From the IMG/VR virus record IMGVR_UViG_3300033066_001740, positions 18,607 through 82,606 of that record: a stretch of 64,000 bases of DNA. One strand, given 5' to 3'. Position 1 is the stretch's first letter. Every line of letters begins with the position of its first letter. Positions 18,213 to 28,664 of this stretch are shown here, piece after piece. Made by a program: the position numbers and the translations under genes. The notes under the pieces were generated by a model. The model had not been told where the DNA came from, did not search any database, and saw only the letters and a program-made list of their open reading frames with translations. This stretch comes from a virus.

Positions 18213-20108
18213 CTACTTCATCAAGTTTAAGAAATCTTCCTCTGACAGAAGAATCGTGCCTAACTTACGAGCCGCAACAGCCTTAGAACTAGTGCTGTTT
18301 GGATCTGCTATTACCAAATAGCTTAACCCCTTACTAACTGAACTCTTTACATCTCCACCAGCATCGGCAGCCATCTTTTCCAAAACAGGTCTTTTGGTCT
18401 GCATAGAGCCGGTAAAACAAACTGATTTGCCAGTCAAAACTCCCTTAGCTCTGGTTTTGATCTTGACTCCATTGTCTAGGATTTCCAAAATCAAATTCTG
18501 ATTGCTCAGCAAGCCATTTGCCAAAGATTTAGCCTTTACTGGACCTAATCCTGGAACTTGTTCAAACTCATCGGCAGATAACTGCCCAAACTTCTCCAAA
18601 GTATCACATCCAGCATTCATAATGAGCTTGATAGTAGACTGCCCAATCATAGGAATACTTAAAGCTCCAAGGAAAACTTCCAAAGGAACTTCTGCTGCCT
18701 GCCACAAGATATCATGACATTTCTGGGCTGATTTCTTGCCCATACGATCTATGCCAGATAAATCATCGACAGTTAACTTGTATAAGTCAGAAACTTTCAC
18801 AACTTTACCTGTCCGAACCAATCTCTCAACCAAAGTATCTCCCCATTCTAATAGGTTGAGTTCTTTAATCCAGTTTTTGATTCTACCTACTACTTGAGCC
18901 GGACAACTTACCGTATTAGTACAATTAAGGTTTTCTCCAACCATTTCTACTAATCCACCACATTCTGGGCAGTTAGTTGGGGCTTGTAGTACCGTACCAG
19001 TTCCTTTAATCAGTTCTTCCACTCGCGGAATAACATCATTTGCTCTTGAAACTAAAACTGTAGCCCCAATGTCCAAACCTAATTCTTGAACATAGGCTAA
19101 GTTATACAGGCTTGCTCTGCTCACAGAGGCACCCACAAGCACTACAGGATCTACTGTAGCAACAGGGGTTAATCTGCCACTATTACCAACCTGCCAAACA
19201 ATGTTTCTGATAACAGACTCTCTGGCTTCGTTATCGAATTTGAAAGCAATAGCTCCTTTGGGTCTTAGGTCTTTGTCCCCCAAAGCAGTTTGGATGGTCA
19301 GGTCGTTAACTCTAACAACCAAACCATCAATATCATAATCTAGTTTGTCACGCTCAGTATCTTGATACTTTCTCCAAAAATCACCCACATATTTGGCATC
19401 GTTGAATAACCAAATGTTAGGGGTTTTTAGATTATGGGCTTTCAGCCATAACCACTGATCATGTTCAGTATCAAAATCTATATCTCCCAAAACCTGATAA
19501 AACAAAATATCAAGGTGTTCACTACCCACACCATCTAGTCTTTTGGAAACACCAGATGCAGCATTCCTAGGATTTGCTTTATCAGCAAAATGAGCTTTAT
19601 GGTTGGTTTTGGTCATAATGATTTCGCCGCGCAAAGAACCAGTAAAAGGATCTGGCAAATTATCGCAGAAATCATACAACTCTCTAAAGACTCCGCCCAT
19701 ATTAATAACGTTGGCGGTAATGTCTTCTCCAATAGTTCCGTCACCACGGGTAATGGCTTGAACTAAACCACCCCGCTCATAAATCAATTCAATGCTTAAT
19801 CCGTCAAGTTTTTCAACTACCCATAGCTTCTCACCGGGAGCAGTATCATCAACCCATTTGGTTAGCTCATCAGGAAGGTTTACTTTGTCCAAAGATCCCA
19901 TAGGGATTTGGTGTTTAGCTTTCTTCCATTCTGTCAACGTAACGGGCGCACCAACGGCAGTTACAGCTTTATTGGTCGGGTCTAGAGTTTTAAGCTCATC
20001 TACCCATGCGTCATAAACCTTATCAGAGAAGGTTGGCTGTCCATTGTAATAATCGTTACGTGCTTTAGTAATCTTATCTGCTAGTTCTTGAATACGTTGT
20101 TGTGACAT
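18213..20108 (-). CDS. ligA: NAD-dependent DNA ligase
   Basis: EKLDG, TRGDG, RGE, NPRNAASG, DIDGLV, AIAFKF, zinc finger, HhH, BRCT. Confidence 0.97.
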   Translation of the reverse strand: MSQQRIQELADKITKARNDYYNGQPTFSDKVYDAWVDELKTLDPTNKAVTAVGAPVTLTEWKKAKHQIPMGSLDKVNLPDELTKWVDDTAPGEKLWVVEKLDGLSIELIYERGGLVQAITRGDGTIGEDITANVINMGGVFRELYDFCDNLPDPFTGSLRGEIIMTKTNHKAHFADKANPRNAASGVSKRLDGVGSEHLDILFYQVLGDIDFDTEHDQWLWLKAHNLKTPNIWLFNDAKYVGDFWRKYQDTERDKLDYDIDGLVVRVNDLTIQTALGDKDLRPKGAIAFKFDNEARESVIRNIVWQVGNSGRLTPVATVDPVVLVGASVSRASLYNLAYVQELGLDIGATVLVSRANDVIPRVEELIKGTGTVLQAPTNCPECGGLVEMVGENLNCTNTVSCPAQVVGRIKNWIKELNLLEWGDTLVERLVRTGKVVKVSDLYKLTVDDLSGIDRMGKKSAQKCHDILWQAAEVPLEVFLGALSIPMIGQSTIKLIMNAGCDTLEKFGQLSADEFEQVPGLGPVKAKSLANGLLSNQNLILEILDNGVKIKTRAKGVLTGKSVCFTGSMQTKRPVLEKMAADAGGDVKSSVSKGLSYLVIADPNSTSSKAVAARKLGTILLSEEDFLNLMK

Positions 20109-20135
20109 TTATAGCGTTCCTTCATCTATAAAGAA

Positions 20136-20585
20136 TCAAAATCCCAATTCGTCGACGTTTTTCACTATATTCTTGTAATCTCCCAAGAAATCATTTTCTC
20201 TATAGTGAAAAGCTACATAGCTAATTCCGGACTCGTAGTCCTTAACTTGTCCATTGGATTTTGCAAAAATCTCTCTGTACTTCTCAGAATCGTAAAAGCT
20301 GTCTTTCTCTGCTATTCCGTTGAAAACCAATGTGCCATCTTCGTGCAACGCACGAAGATGTTTTTCGAAATTAATTTCTTCTCCAAGAAACTCTTCTAGT
20401 TTCTTGGATTCACAAAGATATCTGGTAGTTCCGGAAAGTCTAAGCAAGACTTCATTCCTTTTTTGTTTCTTAGTTTTCTTTTTTGGGGGATCGACATAAG
20501 TCTCCATTGCAGAAACTGGATATACATAGTATTCTGGCGTGGAGTTTTTGACAAGAAACAGGAGGATTTCGTCGGAAGTTTTCAT
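20136..20585 (-). CDS. hypothetical protein
   Basis: ORF. Confidence 0.7.
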   Translation of the reverse strand: MKTSDEILLFLVKNSTPEYYVYPVSAMETYVDPPKKKTKKQKRNEVLLRLSGTTRYLCESKKLEEFLGEEINFEKHLRALHEDGTLVFNGIAEKDSFYDSEKYREIFAKSNGQVKDYESGISYVAFHYRENDFLGDYKNIVKNVDELGF

Positions 20586-20688
20586 AATTCGAGCTTATAA
20601 TACTGTGGATAAGTACATTGCAGTTAAATTAACTGCCTTATAATTAGGAATGGGGTGCCGAACACCCCATTCTCAATGGTTGTATCTA

Positions 20689-21450
20689 TCACTTATCTGA
20701 TAGAATATACTGGTCAATGTAGTTTCTATCTCTGGAAAAGATGGGAATGCTCTCATCCACCACCCATTCAGAACGCATTGCTTCCATTTTTTCACCAGTC
20801 TTGGGGTTCAGACCTTCCTTCCAGACCTGGGTTTTAACCAAACAACGACCTCTTCTTTGAGAGATTGGACAATCGTTCCAGTTAATACCTTTTTGGAAAC
20901 AAAGCTCCTGCAATTCTGAGTTGTCTTTGTTCTCAAGCGCCTTGTGAGAATACAAGGATCTTGCCAACATTTGCACCGAGTTGCGAGTAGCGTCTTGTTG
21001 TCTCCAAATGAAGTAATTGCAAACCTCTTCTTTGGGTAAAATGAAAGCTCTGCTATCGAACATTGCTAACTTCATATAACCAAAGATGGTATCTGAAATT
21101 GAGGTGAATTTAGCAGAAGCCATAGCAGCAGAAACGGATACCATCTTTTGCAAGGTATTATCGTACCAAGACTGAGTATCCAAAGTCTTAAAGTTGTTCA
21201 ATAAGAGAGAAATCTCATCTGACTGAACATATGCTATCTGGCAACCCTGAATGCTTTGGCACAGGTATTTTGCCGTTTCATTCATTGCATTGACCAAACT
21301 CTCATCCACCGGTCTTTTAAGACCTTTGGTGTAACTGTGGAACGCCTTACCGTCAAGTCTCAAAATAATAGGTAATCTACCGGGAAGAGTAACTCTATAG
21401 CTATCTTCATAGCCCTTTATACGATCTCCTAATGAATCTTTTAATGACAT
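20689..21450 (-). CDS. tRNA(His) guanylyltransferase / Thg1-like 3'-5' polymerase
   Basis: RLDGKAFH, YVQSDEISL, FDSR, YFIWRQQDATRN. Confidence 0.95.
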   Translation of the reverse strand: MSLKDSLGDRIKGYEDSYRVTLPGRLPIILRLDGKAFHSYTKGLKRPVDESLVNAMNETAKYLCQSIQGCQIAYVQSDEISLLLNNFKTLDTQSWYDNTLQKMVSVSAAMASAKFTSISDTIFGYMKLAMFDSRAFILPKEEVCNYFIWRQQDATRNSVQMLARSLYSHKALENKDNSELQELCFQKGINWNDCPISQRRGRCLVKTQVWKEGLNPKTGEKMEAMRSEWVVDESIPIFSRDRNYIDQYILSDK

Positions 21451-21523
21451 AGTATGAAATGCTTTCCGTACTATACTAATAATTTCACATTATAGTATTG
21501 TAAAAAACAATTTGTTTGAATCT

Positions 21524-22048
21524 TTACTTTAAGACTTGCAATCTTTTGATTACTTTTGGGGCGTCGTTTTTGCGTATTGGCCAAAGACCAATAACTGTTT
21601 CTGTGTGAGGAGCCAATTCAGTAAACCCCGCATCCACAACTAAATAGTATTCTGTCCTTGCCCAATCCAAATCTGATTTCAACTTAGCCCATTCTTTTTC
21701 GTCGGCTTTAAGCACTACTTTGCGAACTGAACCGTTACACCATTTGGAAAAGATATCGATCTTATCTCTTAGTTCTTCTGGAATATCCAAAAATGATTCC
21801 TCAGAACAATCATGAGGGGGCGGCAAATATGATTCTGCCTTCCATTCCAGTTCTTGGTATCTTTGCTGTAATTTTTGAGCAGCATGAGCTACTTGGGCGG
21901 CGGTTTTACCAATACTCATTCCCAATGATTCTCGAACCACTAAATACATAACCAGAGGTGATTCCTCTGGCTCTGGTTTTGACGGAGTGGGAGATTTGGC
22001 ATAAGATTCGCCAATCTCAATAAATTCATCATTCATTGTATTCATCAA
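21524..22048 (-). CDS. peptidyl-tRNA hydrolase, Pth2 family
   Basis: VVRESLGMSIGKTAAQVAHA, KVVLK, VDAGFTE, TVIGLWP. Confidence 0.92.
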   Translation of the reverse strand: MMNTMNDEFIEIGESYAKSPTPSKPEPEESPLVMYLVVRESLGMSIGKTAAQVAHAAQKLQQRYQELEWKAESYLPPPHDCSEESFLDIPEELRDKIDIFSKWCNGSVRKVVLKADEKEWAKLKSDLDWARTEYYLVVDAGFTELAPHTETVIGLWPIRKNDAPKVIKRLQVLK

Positions 22049-22487
22049 TCAAGTTATGAACAAATTGCAAATTAGTTCTTACATATTTTTCGTAATCCGG
22101 AGAAATACCTTCCCACAAAGGAACTCCCGCATCTGGAACATTAGGAATGTTTGTTTCGTGAGTATGACATTCCAATTCAATCTTGGCATGTAATTCTTCT
22201 AACTCTGCAATTCTAGTTTTGCATGCCAAAACTTCTTGTTTCAAGAGCTCTTTTTCTTCTTTAGAAGCCTTGGGAAAACGCGAAGAAATTTCATTCCTCT
22301 TAGCTCTCAAGCTTTCAATTTCTTTTTGAAAGTCCAAAGCTTGTTTGCCTAATATCTCTACTTGCTGTAGATGATGTATCATCTCTTCTGAGGCAAGTGA
22401 TAAATACAAAGACTTGGGAGGACACCTCACCAATAACGCCTCTTGCACACTACGACGCCATTCAATAATCAGATTTCTGGGAAGCAT
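22029..22487 (-). CDS. stand-alone SerRS N-terminal coiled-coil-like protein
   Basis: LRAKRNEIS...coiled coil...IPNVPDAGVP resembles the SerRS arm ending IPN.P...VP; no catalytic core follows. Confidence 0.65.
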   Translation of the reverse strand: MLPRNLIIEWRRSVQEALLVRCPPKSLYLSLASEEMIHHLQQVEILGKQALDFQKEIESLRAKRNEISSRFPKASKEEKELLKQEVLACKTRIAELEELHAKIELECHTHETNIPNVPDAGVPLWEGISPDYEKYVRTNLQFVHNLIDEYNE

Positions 22488-22489
22488 AT

Positions 22490-23686
22490 TTAAGCACCAT
22501 AATCAGTCTTCCAATATGGAAAACCTAAAACTTTGAATAGATCCAATTTGTTCGGAGTATTATCAATTTGGGTTCGAGTAACATTTCCATAACTAATTAC
22601 ATCAGCCGAACCATATTTATATTTCAATTTGCAATCATTAGCAAAAATAATGCTACTGCCATTTCCACCAAATAAGAAAACCCTATCATAGATAATGGCT
22701 ACTTGCGATTCAGAAATTTCTCCCGGCACATATTTTAAAGTATCTATCCATTGAGTAGGAGAAGACAAATCACATCTCAATATTCTTGTACCCTTTGCTT
22801 TTGGATTAGACCCTACTGCCCCCGGAGTAATCAAATAACCTTTATTGCCAATGGCAAAAAATTGACCATTACAAATAGGATATGGAAGATAGTTGGCTGT
22901 TATCCAATTTGTAGGATCACTAACGGGAGCCGAATAAACATATCCAACCGGATTATTTGCTAACAATAAACCACCAAACAAATAAATATGATCATCAATA
23001 ATAGCTACTTGAGATCCATATAATGGAGTTGGTAATGTTGCGCCTGTATCTGTCCAAGTTAATGGATCAGAAATAGAAGCGGTGTAAATACTATTTTTGG
23101 GTTCATTTAAGTTCTTGCCGCCCAACAAATAGATTTGAGAATTAACAATTACCGCTTGTGCGTTTTGTATTTTATCTGGTAGTACTGGTCCGCGATCTGT
23201 CCAAGTTAACGGATCAGAAACAGAGGCGGAAAATACATGATCGGTGCACAAGCTATCATTTCCACCAATTAAATAGATAACATCATTGATAATAAGTAAT
23301 TGAGACCCATACAATGGAGTTGGTAATTGAGCACCAGTATCTATCCAATCAGTTGGGTTATTAATGTTGGCTTTGTATATTTTGCCAGATATTTTTCCTC
23401 CAAAAAGGTAAATTTCCTCTCCAATAATGGCTAATTGAGAATCAGCCACAGAAGCAGGCAACACCTTTTTGGTAGTATCCCAATGTAATGGATCTGGAAG
23501 ATTGAAATCAGCAATTACCGTATCATCGTAGATAATATAAGCTGACACATCTACGAAAGGATTGGGTCCAGATTTTAGACCAGTATATTGGGTAGCTTCA
23601 AAATCAGGCTGATCTTCGACTACCCAAGTTCTATATTGTACCGGAGATGAATTAACATCTCTAGCTAACATTTTATAACGCACCAT
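22490..23686 (-). CDS. Kelch-repeat beta-propeller protein
   Basis: About 6 repeats of SQ.AII...IYL.GG...W.DTG..LP. Confidence 0.85.
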   Translation of the reverse strand: MVRYKMLARDVNSSPVQYRTWVVEDQPDFEATQYTGLKSGPNPFVDVSAYIIYDDTVIADFNLPDPLHWDTTKKVLPASVADSQLAIIGEEIYLFGGKISGKIYKANINNPTDWIDTGAQLPTPLYGSQLLIINDVIYLIGGNDSLCTDHVFSASVSDPLTWTDRGPVLPDKIQNAQAVIVNSQIYLLGGKNLNEPKNSIYTASISDPLTWTDTGATLPTPLYGSQVAIIDDHIYLFGGLLLANNPVGYVYSAPVSDPTNWITANYLPYPICNGQFFAIGNKGYLITPGAVGSNPKAKGTRILRCDLSSPTQWIDTLKYVPGEISESQVAIIYDRVFLFGGNGSSIIFANDCKLKYKYGSADVISYGNVTRTQIDNTPNKLDLFKVLGFPYWKTDYGA

Positions 23687-23700
23687 ATTACTATGGTATT

Positions 23701-25350
23701 TTATGCAAAAGCGCCTTCACTATAATAATGATCTATGAAATGATGGTCAGAATCACAGCATTCATCGCAACCTTGACATAAGAAATTAGAACAAGGATTA
23801 TGAACTTCTCCTGTATTGGGATCAATCATTGGCTTTTTCTTTTTCTTATCATCATATTTACTGTATTTACTAGGACCTCTAACCATATACAGTTCTTTTT
23901 TAGCTCTAGTTACAGCTACGTAATAAAGATTAGCCTCTTCACCAGAAACCCCAGGACCATATCTGTATGTATTCACCAACATGAATACTCTATCACGTTC
24001 CAATCCTTTAGCTTTATGAGTGGTAGAAAAGATTACTTTTTTATCATCATCCACATCATTAAAGAGCTTTTCAATAGTTTCCTTAAGATCCTTTAGAGTT
24101 AAAGTCCCCTCGCATAGGTTTAACAGGCACTCTGCTTTATCTAAACAAGTAGTGGTGTCTTTCTTCTCTGCCAGCAATCTTTCAACTTCTTGATCTTTCC
24201 AGGCATTTACATATGCTGTGAAATCTTTGATAGTTTTTGATTTAGATTTCTTGATAAAGTAAATTAGATTGGCGCCCACATCTCGACCTTGAATATTTGC
24301 AGGAACACCAGCTTTCAACAAAGCCATACAATGCTTAATCAATGGAGCATTGGTTCTAGACAACACGAAATCTCCAGGCTTGACCATTTTCAAGAATTCA
24401 ACAACTTGAATATTCTCCACTTTACCTTCTGGAGCAGTTGCTGGGCATTCAATATCCGGGACTATTTCTTGAGCTAGTTTAACTACTTTTTGCGGGCAAC
24501 GATAGGTGACCGATAGTGGAAGTGTCTTAGCTTTTAACTTATTGATGAAATTGGGAATAGCTTCGCTATCTGCCCCTCTGAACTGATAGATGCTTTGAGC
24601 CGGATCTCCAACCGCAATAATTCTTCCGCCCATTTTGCAAGCAGAAAGAACCATTGCCATCTGAGCGGCATTCAAATCCTGAGCCTCATCCACAAATACT
24701 ACATCAAACTTACCAACGTTTAATCTATAAACGAATGGAAACCAAATCATGTCATCAAAATCTATTACTTGCTTTTGTGCCTTACACAAAGCCAGAACTT
24801 TAATGACAAGCTCTATGAATTTCTCTTTGGTCATCTCAAACATTTCAATACCAAACTTCTCAATCAATTCCTCGATACGAGAAGGAGTATCAAACAAAAA
24901 CCCCTTGCATAAGGAGACACATTTGCAAATACTTTGATTTAATTCCCATACATCATAAGAAGTGCCAATCAAAGTACCCACGATTGTTCTGCACTTATCA
25001 TTTTCTAAGACAACTTCACCAAAGCTTTGTTTAATAGATCGAAACCCTAATGAATGAAGGGTAAGAACATCCACATAGGACGGGGCGCGTTGTTTTAACT
25101 CATCGGCAATGGACTTGTTGAAAGCAACCATCAAGGTTTTTTTCCCCTTGGGGATATACTTAAATCCTTCAACGATTGTGCTGGTTTTACCACTGCCAGC
25201 ACGAGCGATAACAACCGTATGATCATTTCCTTTGGCGATATCTTTAAAGATATTCTTTTGATAGGTGGACCAATCTCTCTTTGGGTTCGCCTTGACTATA
25301 TGTGAATTGTCAGGCTTCTTGGGCGGATATTTATTTGTTTTCTTGGTCAT
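23701..25350 (-). CDS. UvrD/REP-like SF1 helicase
   Basis: ARAGSGKT, VDEAQD, VGDPAQSIYQFRG, TYRCP, THKAKGLE, YVAVTRAK. Confidence 0.95.
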   Translation of the reverse strand: MTKKTNKYPPKKPDNSHIVKANPKRDWSTYQKNIFKDIAKGNDHTVVIARAGSGKTSTIVEGFKYIPKGKKTLMVAFNKSIADELKQRAPSYVDVLTLHSLGFRSIKQSFGEVVLENDKCRTIVGTLIGTSYDVWELNQSICKCVSLCKGFLFDTPSRIEELIEKFGIEMFEMTKEKFIELVIKVLALCKAQKQVIDFDDMIWFPFVYRLNVGKFDVVFVDEAQDLNAAQMAMVLSACKMGGRIIAVGDPAQSIYQFRGADSEAIPNFINKLKAKTLPLSVTYRCPQKVVKLAQEIVPDIECPATAPEGKVENIQVVEFLKMVKPGDFVLSRTNAPLIKHCMALLKAGVPANIQGRDVGANLIYFIKKSKSKTIKDFTAYVNAWKDQEVERLLAEKKDTTTCLDKAECLLNLCEGTLTLKDLKETIEKLFNDVDDDKKVIFSTTHKAKGLERDRVFMLVNTYRYGPGVSGEEANLYYVAVTRAKKELYMVRGPSKYSKYDDKKKKKPMIDPNTGEVHNPCSNFLCQGCDECCDSDHHFIDHYYSEGAFA

Positions 25351-25352
25351 TG

Positions 25353-25571
25353 TTATTCTTCAACGTTAATTTCTTTTATCGTCCAGATAACAGTTGTACC
25401 ATATTTGTCATTAATCCTGATACCAAAAGAATGTTTGGTATCGACCACTATTAAATCATCCCGAGTAACTCTTGATCTAATTTCATTCAAGTGGTTAATG
25501 GCGGACAATTCGTTAGCATAAAACTTATATGGTTTGTTGTCAGTGCTAGTTTCAAAAGAATATATCTTCAT
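25353..25571 (-). CDS. hypothetical protein
   Basis: ORF. Confidence 0.6.
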   Translation of the reverse strand: MKIYSFETSTDNKPYKFYANELSAINHLNEIRSRVTRDDLIVVDTKHSFGIRINDKYGTTVIWTIKEINVEE

Positions 25572-26524
25572 AATTTTTGAGCCTTTGCATTATGTTCCAA
25601 CATATGAGGATAATACCCATTTTCATCAGGCTCCCCATAGTCACTTTCATCGTCGCTCTCACGCTTCATGATAACACATGAAACGGCTTCTTGCAATTTT
25701 TTATGAATATCGAGGTCCTGATCTTGGCTGCCTTTACCACATTGCGGGTGCCAAAACTTTCTGGCTCGTTGCATCATAGATTGAAAATGAGTCATTTCCC
25801 ACAATGACTCGCACCACATTTGAACTTTGGCATCATCAAATGGTGTTCCAGCCTCAATAAGCTCAACAAACTTATTTCTTAAAACATGACACAACTCATT
25901 ATCTCTATAGTGTCCAGAGAAAATATCAGCAGTTGCCATTCTGAAAAAGATTCTTGTTCTATCATTTTCTGGCGGCAAAGAGGCAAAATCTTCTAATGCT
26001 TTCTCATACCAATCTTTAAGATCCTCATTGAAAATGTCTTTGCCGGGCTTGTATTGATACTCTGGCTTGATAAAATGAATACCAATAGGGTTGAAATTCA
26101 TCATTGATTGATAAACTTCTTCCAAGACATACACAATACCAAGTGTCTTATCTCTTCGACACATTGTACTATACTTGGCGGCGCCCCTCTCAATACCATT
26201 TAAAATATCAGCTAACTTAAGTTCGCCAGTATCTGGAATGCCATATCTTGATTTATCTTCACCTTCTATTACCCAACCTTCTTTGATAAGCTCAACCATA
26301 AGTTGGGTTGTTTCATTTTCAACAATACCCTCTATTCCACCATAATCATCGTAAGTACCAGGAATAGAAATTCCAAGTGGCACCCACTCATCATGAGGAT
26401 AATAGTTTCCACCTCCCCGAACCTTGCCCTTATAGGTGTTATCCACCAGAATAAAAGCGCGAATCTTATCGCCTTCTTTGATTGGGAGTTGTGTCACTCC
26501 GCAAGTTTCATTCCAACAACCCAT
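25568..26524 (-). CDS. hypothetical protein
   Basis: MGCWNETCGVTQLPI...GTYDDYG...PQCGKGSQD. Confidence 0.8.
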   Translation of the reverse strand: MGCWNETCGVTQLPIKEGDKIRAFILVDNTYKGKVRGGGNYYPHDEWVPLGISIPGTYDDYGGIEGIVENETTQLMVELIKEGWVIEGEDKSRYGIPDTGELKLADILNGIERGAAKYSTMCRRDKTLGIVYVLEEVYQSMMNFNPIGIHFIKPEYQYKPGKDIFNEDLKDWYEKALEDFASLPPENDRTRIFFRMATADIFSGHYRDNELCHVLRNKFVELIEAGTPFDDAKVQMWCESLWEMTHFQSMMQRARKFWHPQCGKGSQDQDLDIHKKLQEAVSCVIMKRESDDESDYGEPDENGYYPHMLEHNAKAQKL

Positions 26525-26529
26525 GATTA

Positions 26530-27441
26530 TCAGTTCCTTGGGAAAAAGACAGCGCTGGACTTATTGTACAGTTTGCTATCTAGCGTAACTAGTTTATCAA
26601 AATCTTCTACTTCGAAAAATGCCTTATCTATATCTTTCAAGCTAGACTTGGCACCAAACAACGCCCCTACAATGGCGGCGGTTGTATCAGTATCTCCACC
26701 AGCCCTAATTGATGCTAACACGGCATCGTAATAGTTATCGAATCTCAATGCGCAATAGATTGCGGCGGGCACAGTTTCTTTTACATTGGCGCCGGTTCCA
26801 AGAAGCGCAAGCGACATGGTGGAAGATGCGCCAGCATTGATAAGAACATGTAGTTTACCCAGCTTATGTTTTACACAAGAATCTGGTAAGTGTGGCATGA
26901 TTTTATCAACCAAATTAACAGTATCATGATTAGCAATATAAGCAGTTGCCAAAGCAATTGCCAATGCTCCCGCCTCCGCATCATACGACTGATGGGTAAT
27001 GGCGCTGTCAATCTTAACCGATTCAATCAACTTAGGGATATCATGTCTGAAATAGATTCCAAATGGAGCAGCCCTCATAGCGGTTCCATTGCCATAAGAA
27101 CCCGGAACCCCTGACTCTGACCAATGGGTTCCATTTTGCAGTTTCTCTACTGCCATGAAAGTAGTTCTACCATACCCTCTAGCGCGACCAGACACAATCC
27201 AATCTACATAACGAGCACATAAATCTTCTGGAACAAATCCATTATTCTCAATTAATGATTCAGCAACCATTAGTGACATTTGAGTGTCATCTGAGTATTG
27301 AGCAGGAAGCAATCCGTGATGTTTGCTTCCTAGATAAGATTTACCATCCCAATTAACCAATAGGGGATTGTCGCCCCGCATTGTTTCAAATGGTACACCT
27401 AACGCATCACCAATGGCAGTGCCTACCAAAACATTACTCAT
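26530..27441 (-). CDS. ADP-ribosylglycohydrolase (ARH/DraG family)
   Basis: GDALGVPFE, YSDDTQM, GNGTAMR, GGDTDT; start corrected to MSNVL (GAGG RBS). Confidence 0.95.
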   Translation of the reverse strand: MSNVLVGTAIGDALGVPFETMRGDNPLLVNWDGKSYLGSKHHGLLPAQYSDDTQMSLMVAESLIENNGFVPEDLCARYVDWIVSGRARGYGRTTFMAVEKLQNGTHWSESGVPGSYGNGTAMRAAPFGIYFRHDIPKLIESVKIDSAITHQSYDAEAGALAIALATAYIANHDTVNLVDKIMPHLPDSCVKHKLGKLHVLINAGASSTMSLALLGTGANVKETVPAAIYCALRFDNYYDAVLASIRAGGDTDTTAAIVGALFGAKSSLKDIDKAFFEVEDFDKLVTLDSKLYNKSSAVFFPRN

Positions 27442-27451
27442 ATTTCCTCTT

Positions 27452-27664
27452 TCACTTAAATCGATATCTAATAAATAATCCATCACCATCTGGTGTGCCT
27501 TGATTACAAACCATTACTTGTTCTCCATATGGATAACAGCAACGTAAACCAACACAACTTAATTTGTCATGGAAATTCTTATAAACTACGCGGTCTTGCC
27601 CAAAAACCAAATGACCATTACAACCAACCATTAATAAACTCAAAATAATCAACCAGTATTTCAT
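27452..27664 (-). CDS. small putative lipoprotein
   Basis: MK + hydrophobic stretch + VGC lipobox-like. Confidence 0.55.
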   Translation of the reverse strand: MKYWLIILSLLMVGCNGHLVFGQDRVVYKNFHDKLSCVGLRCCYPYGEQVMVCNQGTPDGDGLFIRYRFK

Positions 27665-27681
27665 ATTACAATGACTGATTA

Positions 27682-28305
27682 TTAGCGCTTTGATTTAGGA
27701 GCTAGTTCCCTGAACTCTGACATTTTGGAATTATGCAATTCTTGATATTGAAGTTTGTAATCTTCCCAATCTTCTGATGGAAAATCTCTAATTTCTTCCC
27801 ACAAGGAATTGCAAGAGGCATAATCTACAATTTTTGAATGTTGAGCAATTTGCTTTCCAAAATCAATCATTCTAAATGAATGGAACAATGATTTCTTAGC
27901 AATATACACATTCTTATCTTTTTCCACTTCCAGCTTCTTTTTAGCTTTCACCCAAGAATGGGAAGCTTTTTCAGAAATGCTAGAGCGCAATGTTTCTTTA
28001 TTCAAAGAAAAAGAGAACTTCAACTTCTCTTTCAACAATTGTTCTTTGGGCAAGAAGAAACATTCTAGCGCGGAAATCTTATGCTGTTTAAGCTGGTCAG
28101 CGAATCCTTCTGGAGAATATAGATGTACGTTAATCTGACCATCATCTGAAGTTAAAGAGAACTCTCGAACATCCTTGTTCACAACAAGGATAAAATCGTG
28201 ATCAGAAGATTCTGAATGTGTACCATAGACTCTTGATCCGTACGGAAAAATATTCAATACTTCTTTATCATCGAGCTTAAAACTTTTGATGATCAGATCT
28301 TTCAT
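27682..28305 (-). CDS. Pol-beta-family nucleotidyltransferase
   Basis: YGSRVYG...SDHDFILV; KSLFHSFR. Confidence 0.85.
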   Translation of the reverse strand: MKDLIIKSFKLDDKEVLNIFPYGSRVYGTHSESSDHDFILVVNKDVREFSLTSDDGQINVHLYSPEGFADQLKQHKISALECFFLPKEQLLKEKLKFSFSLNKETLRSSISEKASHSWVKAKKKLEVEKDKNVYIAKKSLFHSFRMIDFGKQIAQHSKIVDYASCNSLWEEIRDFPSEDWEDYKLQYQELHNSKMSEFRELAPKSKR

Positions 28306-28307
28306 AA

Positions 28308-28664
28308 TTAACAAACCGCAGGGCGGCTTCTCCATTTTACTATTTCATCCACAAATTGTTTGTGTTGATCGGTTAATGTTTCATACCAAGCAGAAGCGTC
28401 TATGTATTCTTGTGGGGGATTGATATTACAATTGAATTGCATAGGAAACCCGTCATCTTCCCACTCTTCTCTTTCAATTGAACAAATAGCAAATCCTTCC
28501 ATTATTTTCTGTAAAGATTCGGCTTCCATTTTGGATACGTATTCAAACATATATGGAAGATTTTCCACAATCTCTATAGTTTTACTTAAAGGCTGACTTT
28601 CTCTTGTTCGAATAAACTTAATCAGTTTCATTCGATCTAGACACTTTTCAATTACGAGTCTCAT
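28308..28664 (-). CDS. hypothetical protein (ribosomal L7/L12 CTD-like N-terminus, weak)
   Basis: KLIKFIR...L..TIEIVENLP pattern. Confidence 0.55.
   Translation of the reverse strand: MRLVIEKCLDRMKLIKFIRTRESQPLSKTIEIVENLPYMFEYVSKMEAESLQKIMEGFAICSIEREEWEDDGFPMQFNCNINPPQEYIDASAWYETLTDQHKQFVDEIVKWRSRPAVC

Noticed and set aside
17398..27664. Penultimate Phe in the phosphoesterase (EHIFI), helicase (EGAFA) and lipoprotein (RYRFK)
   Set aside because: They lack the basic amphipathic helix and Φ-x-x-F context, so they were not counted as tagged.
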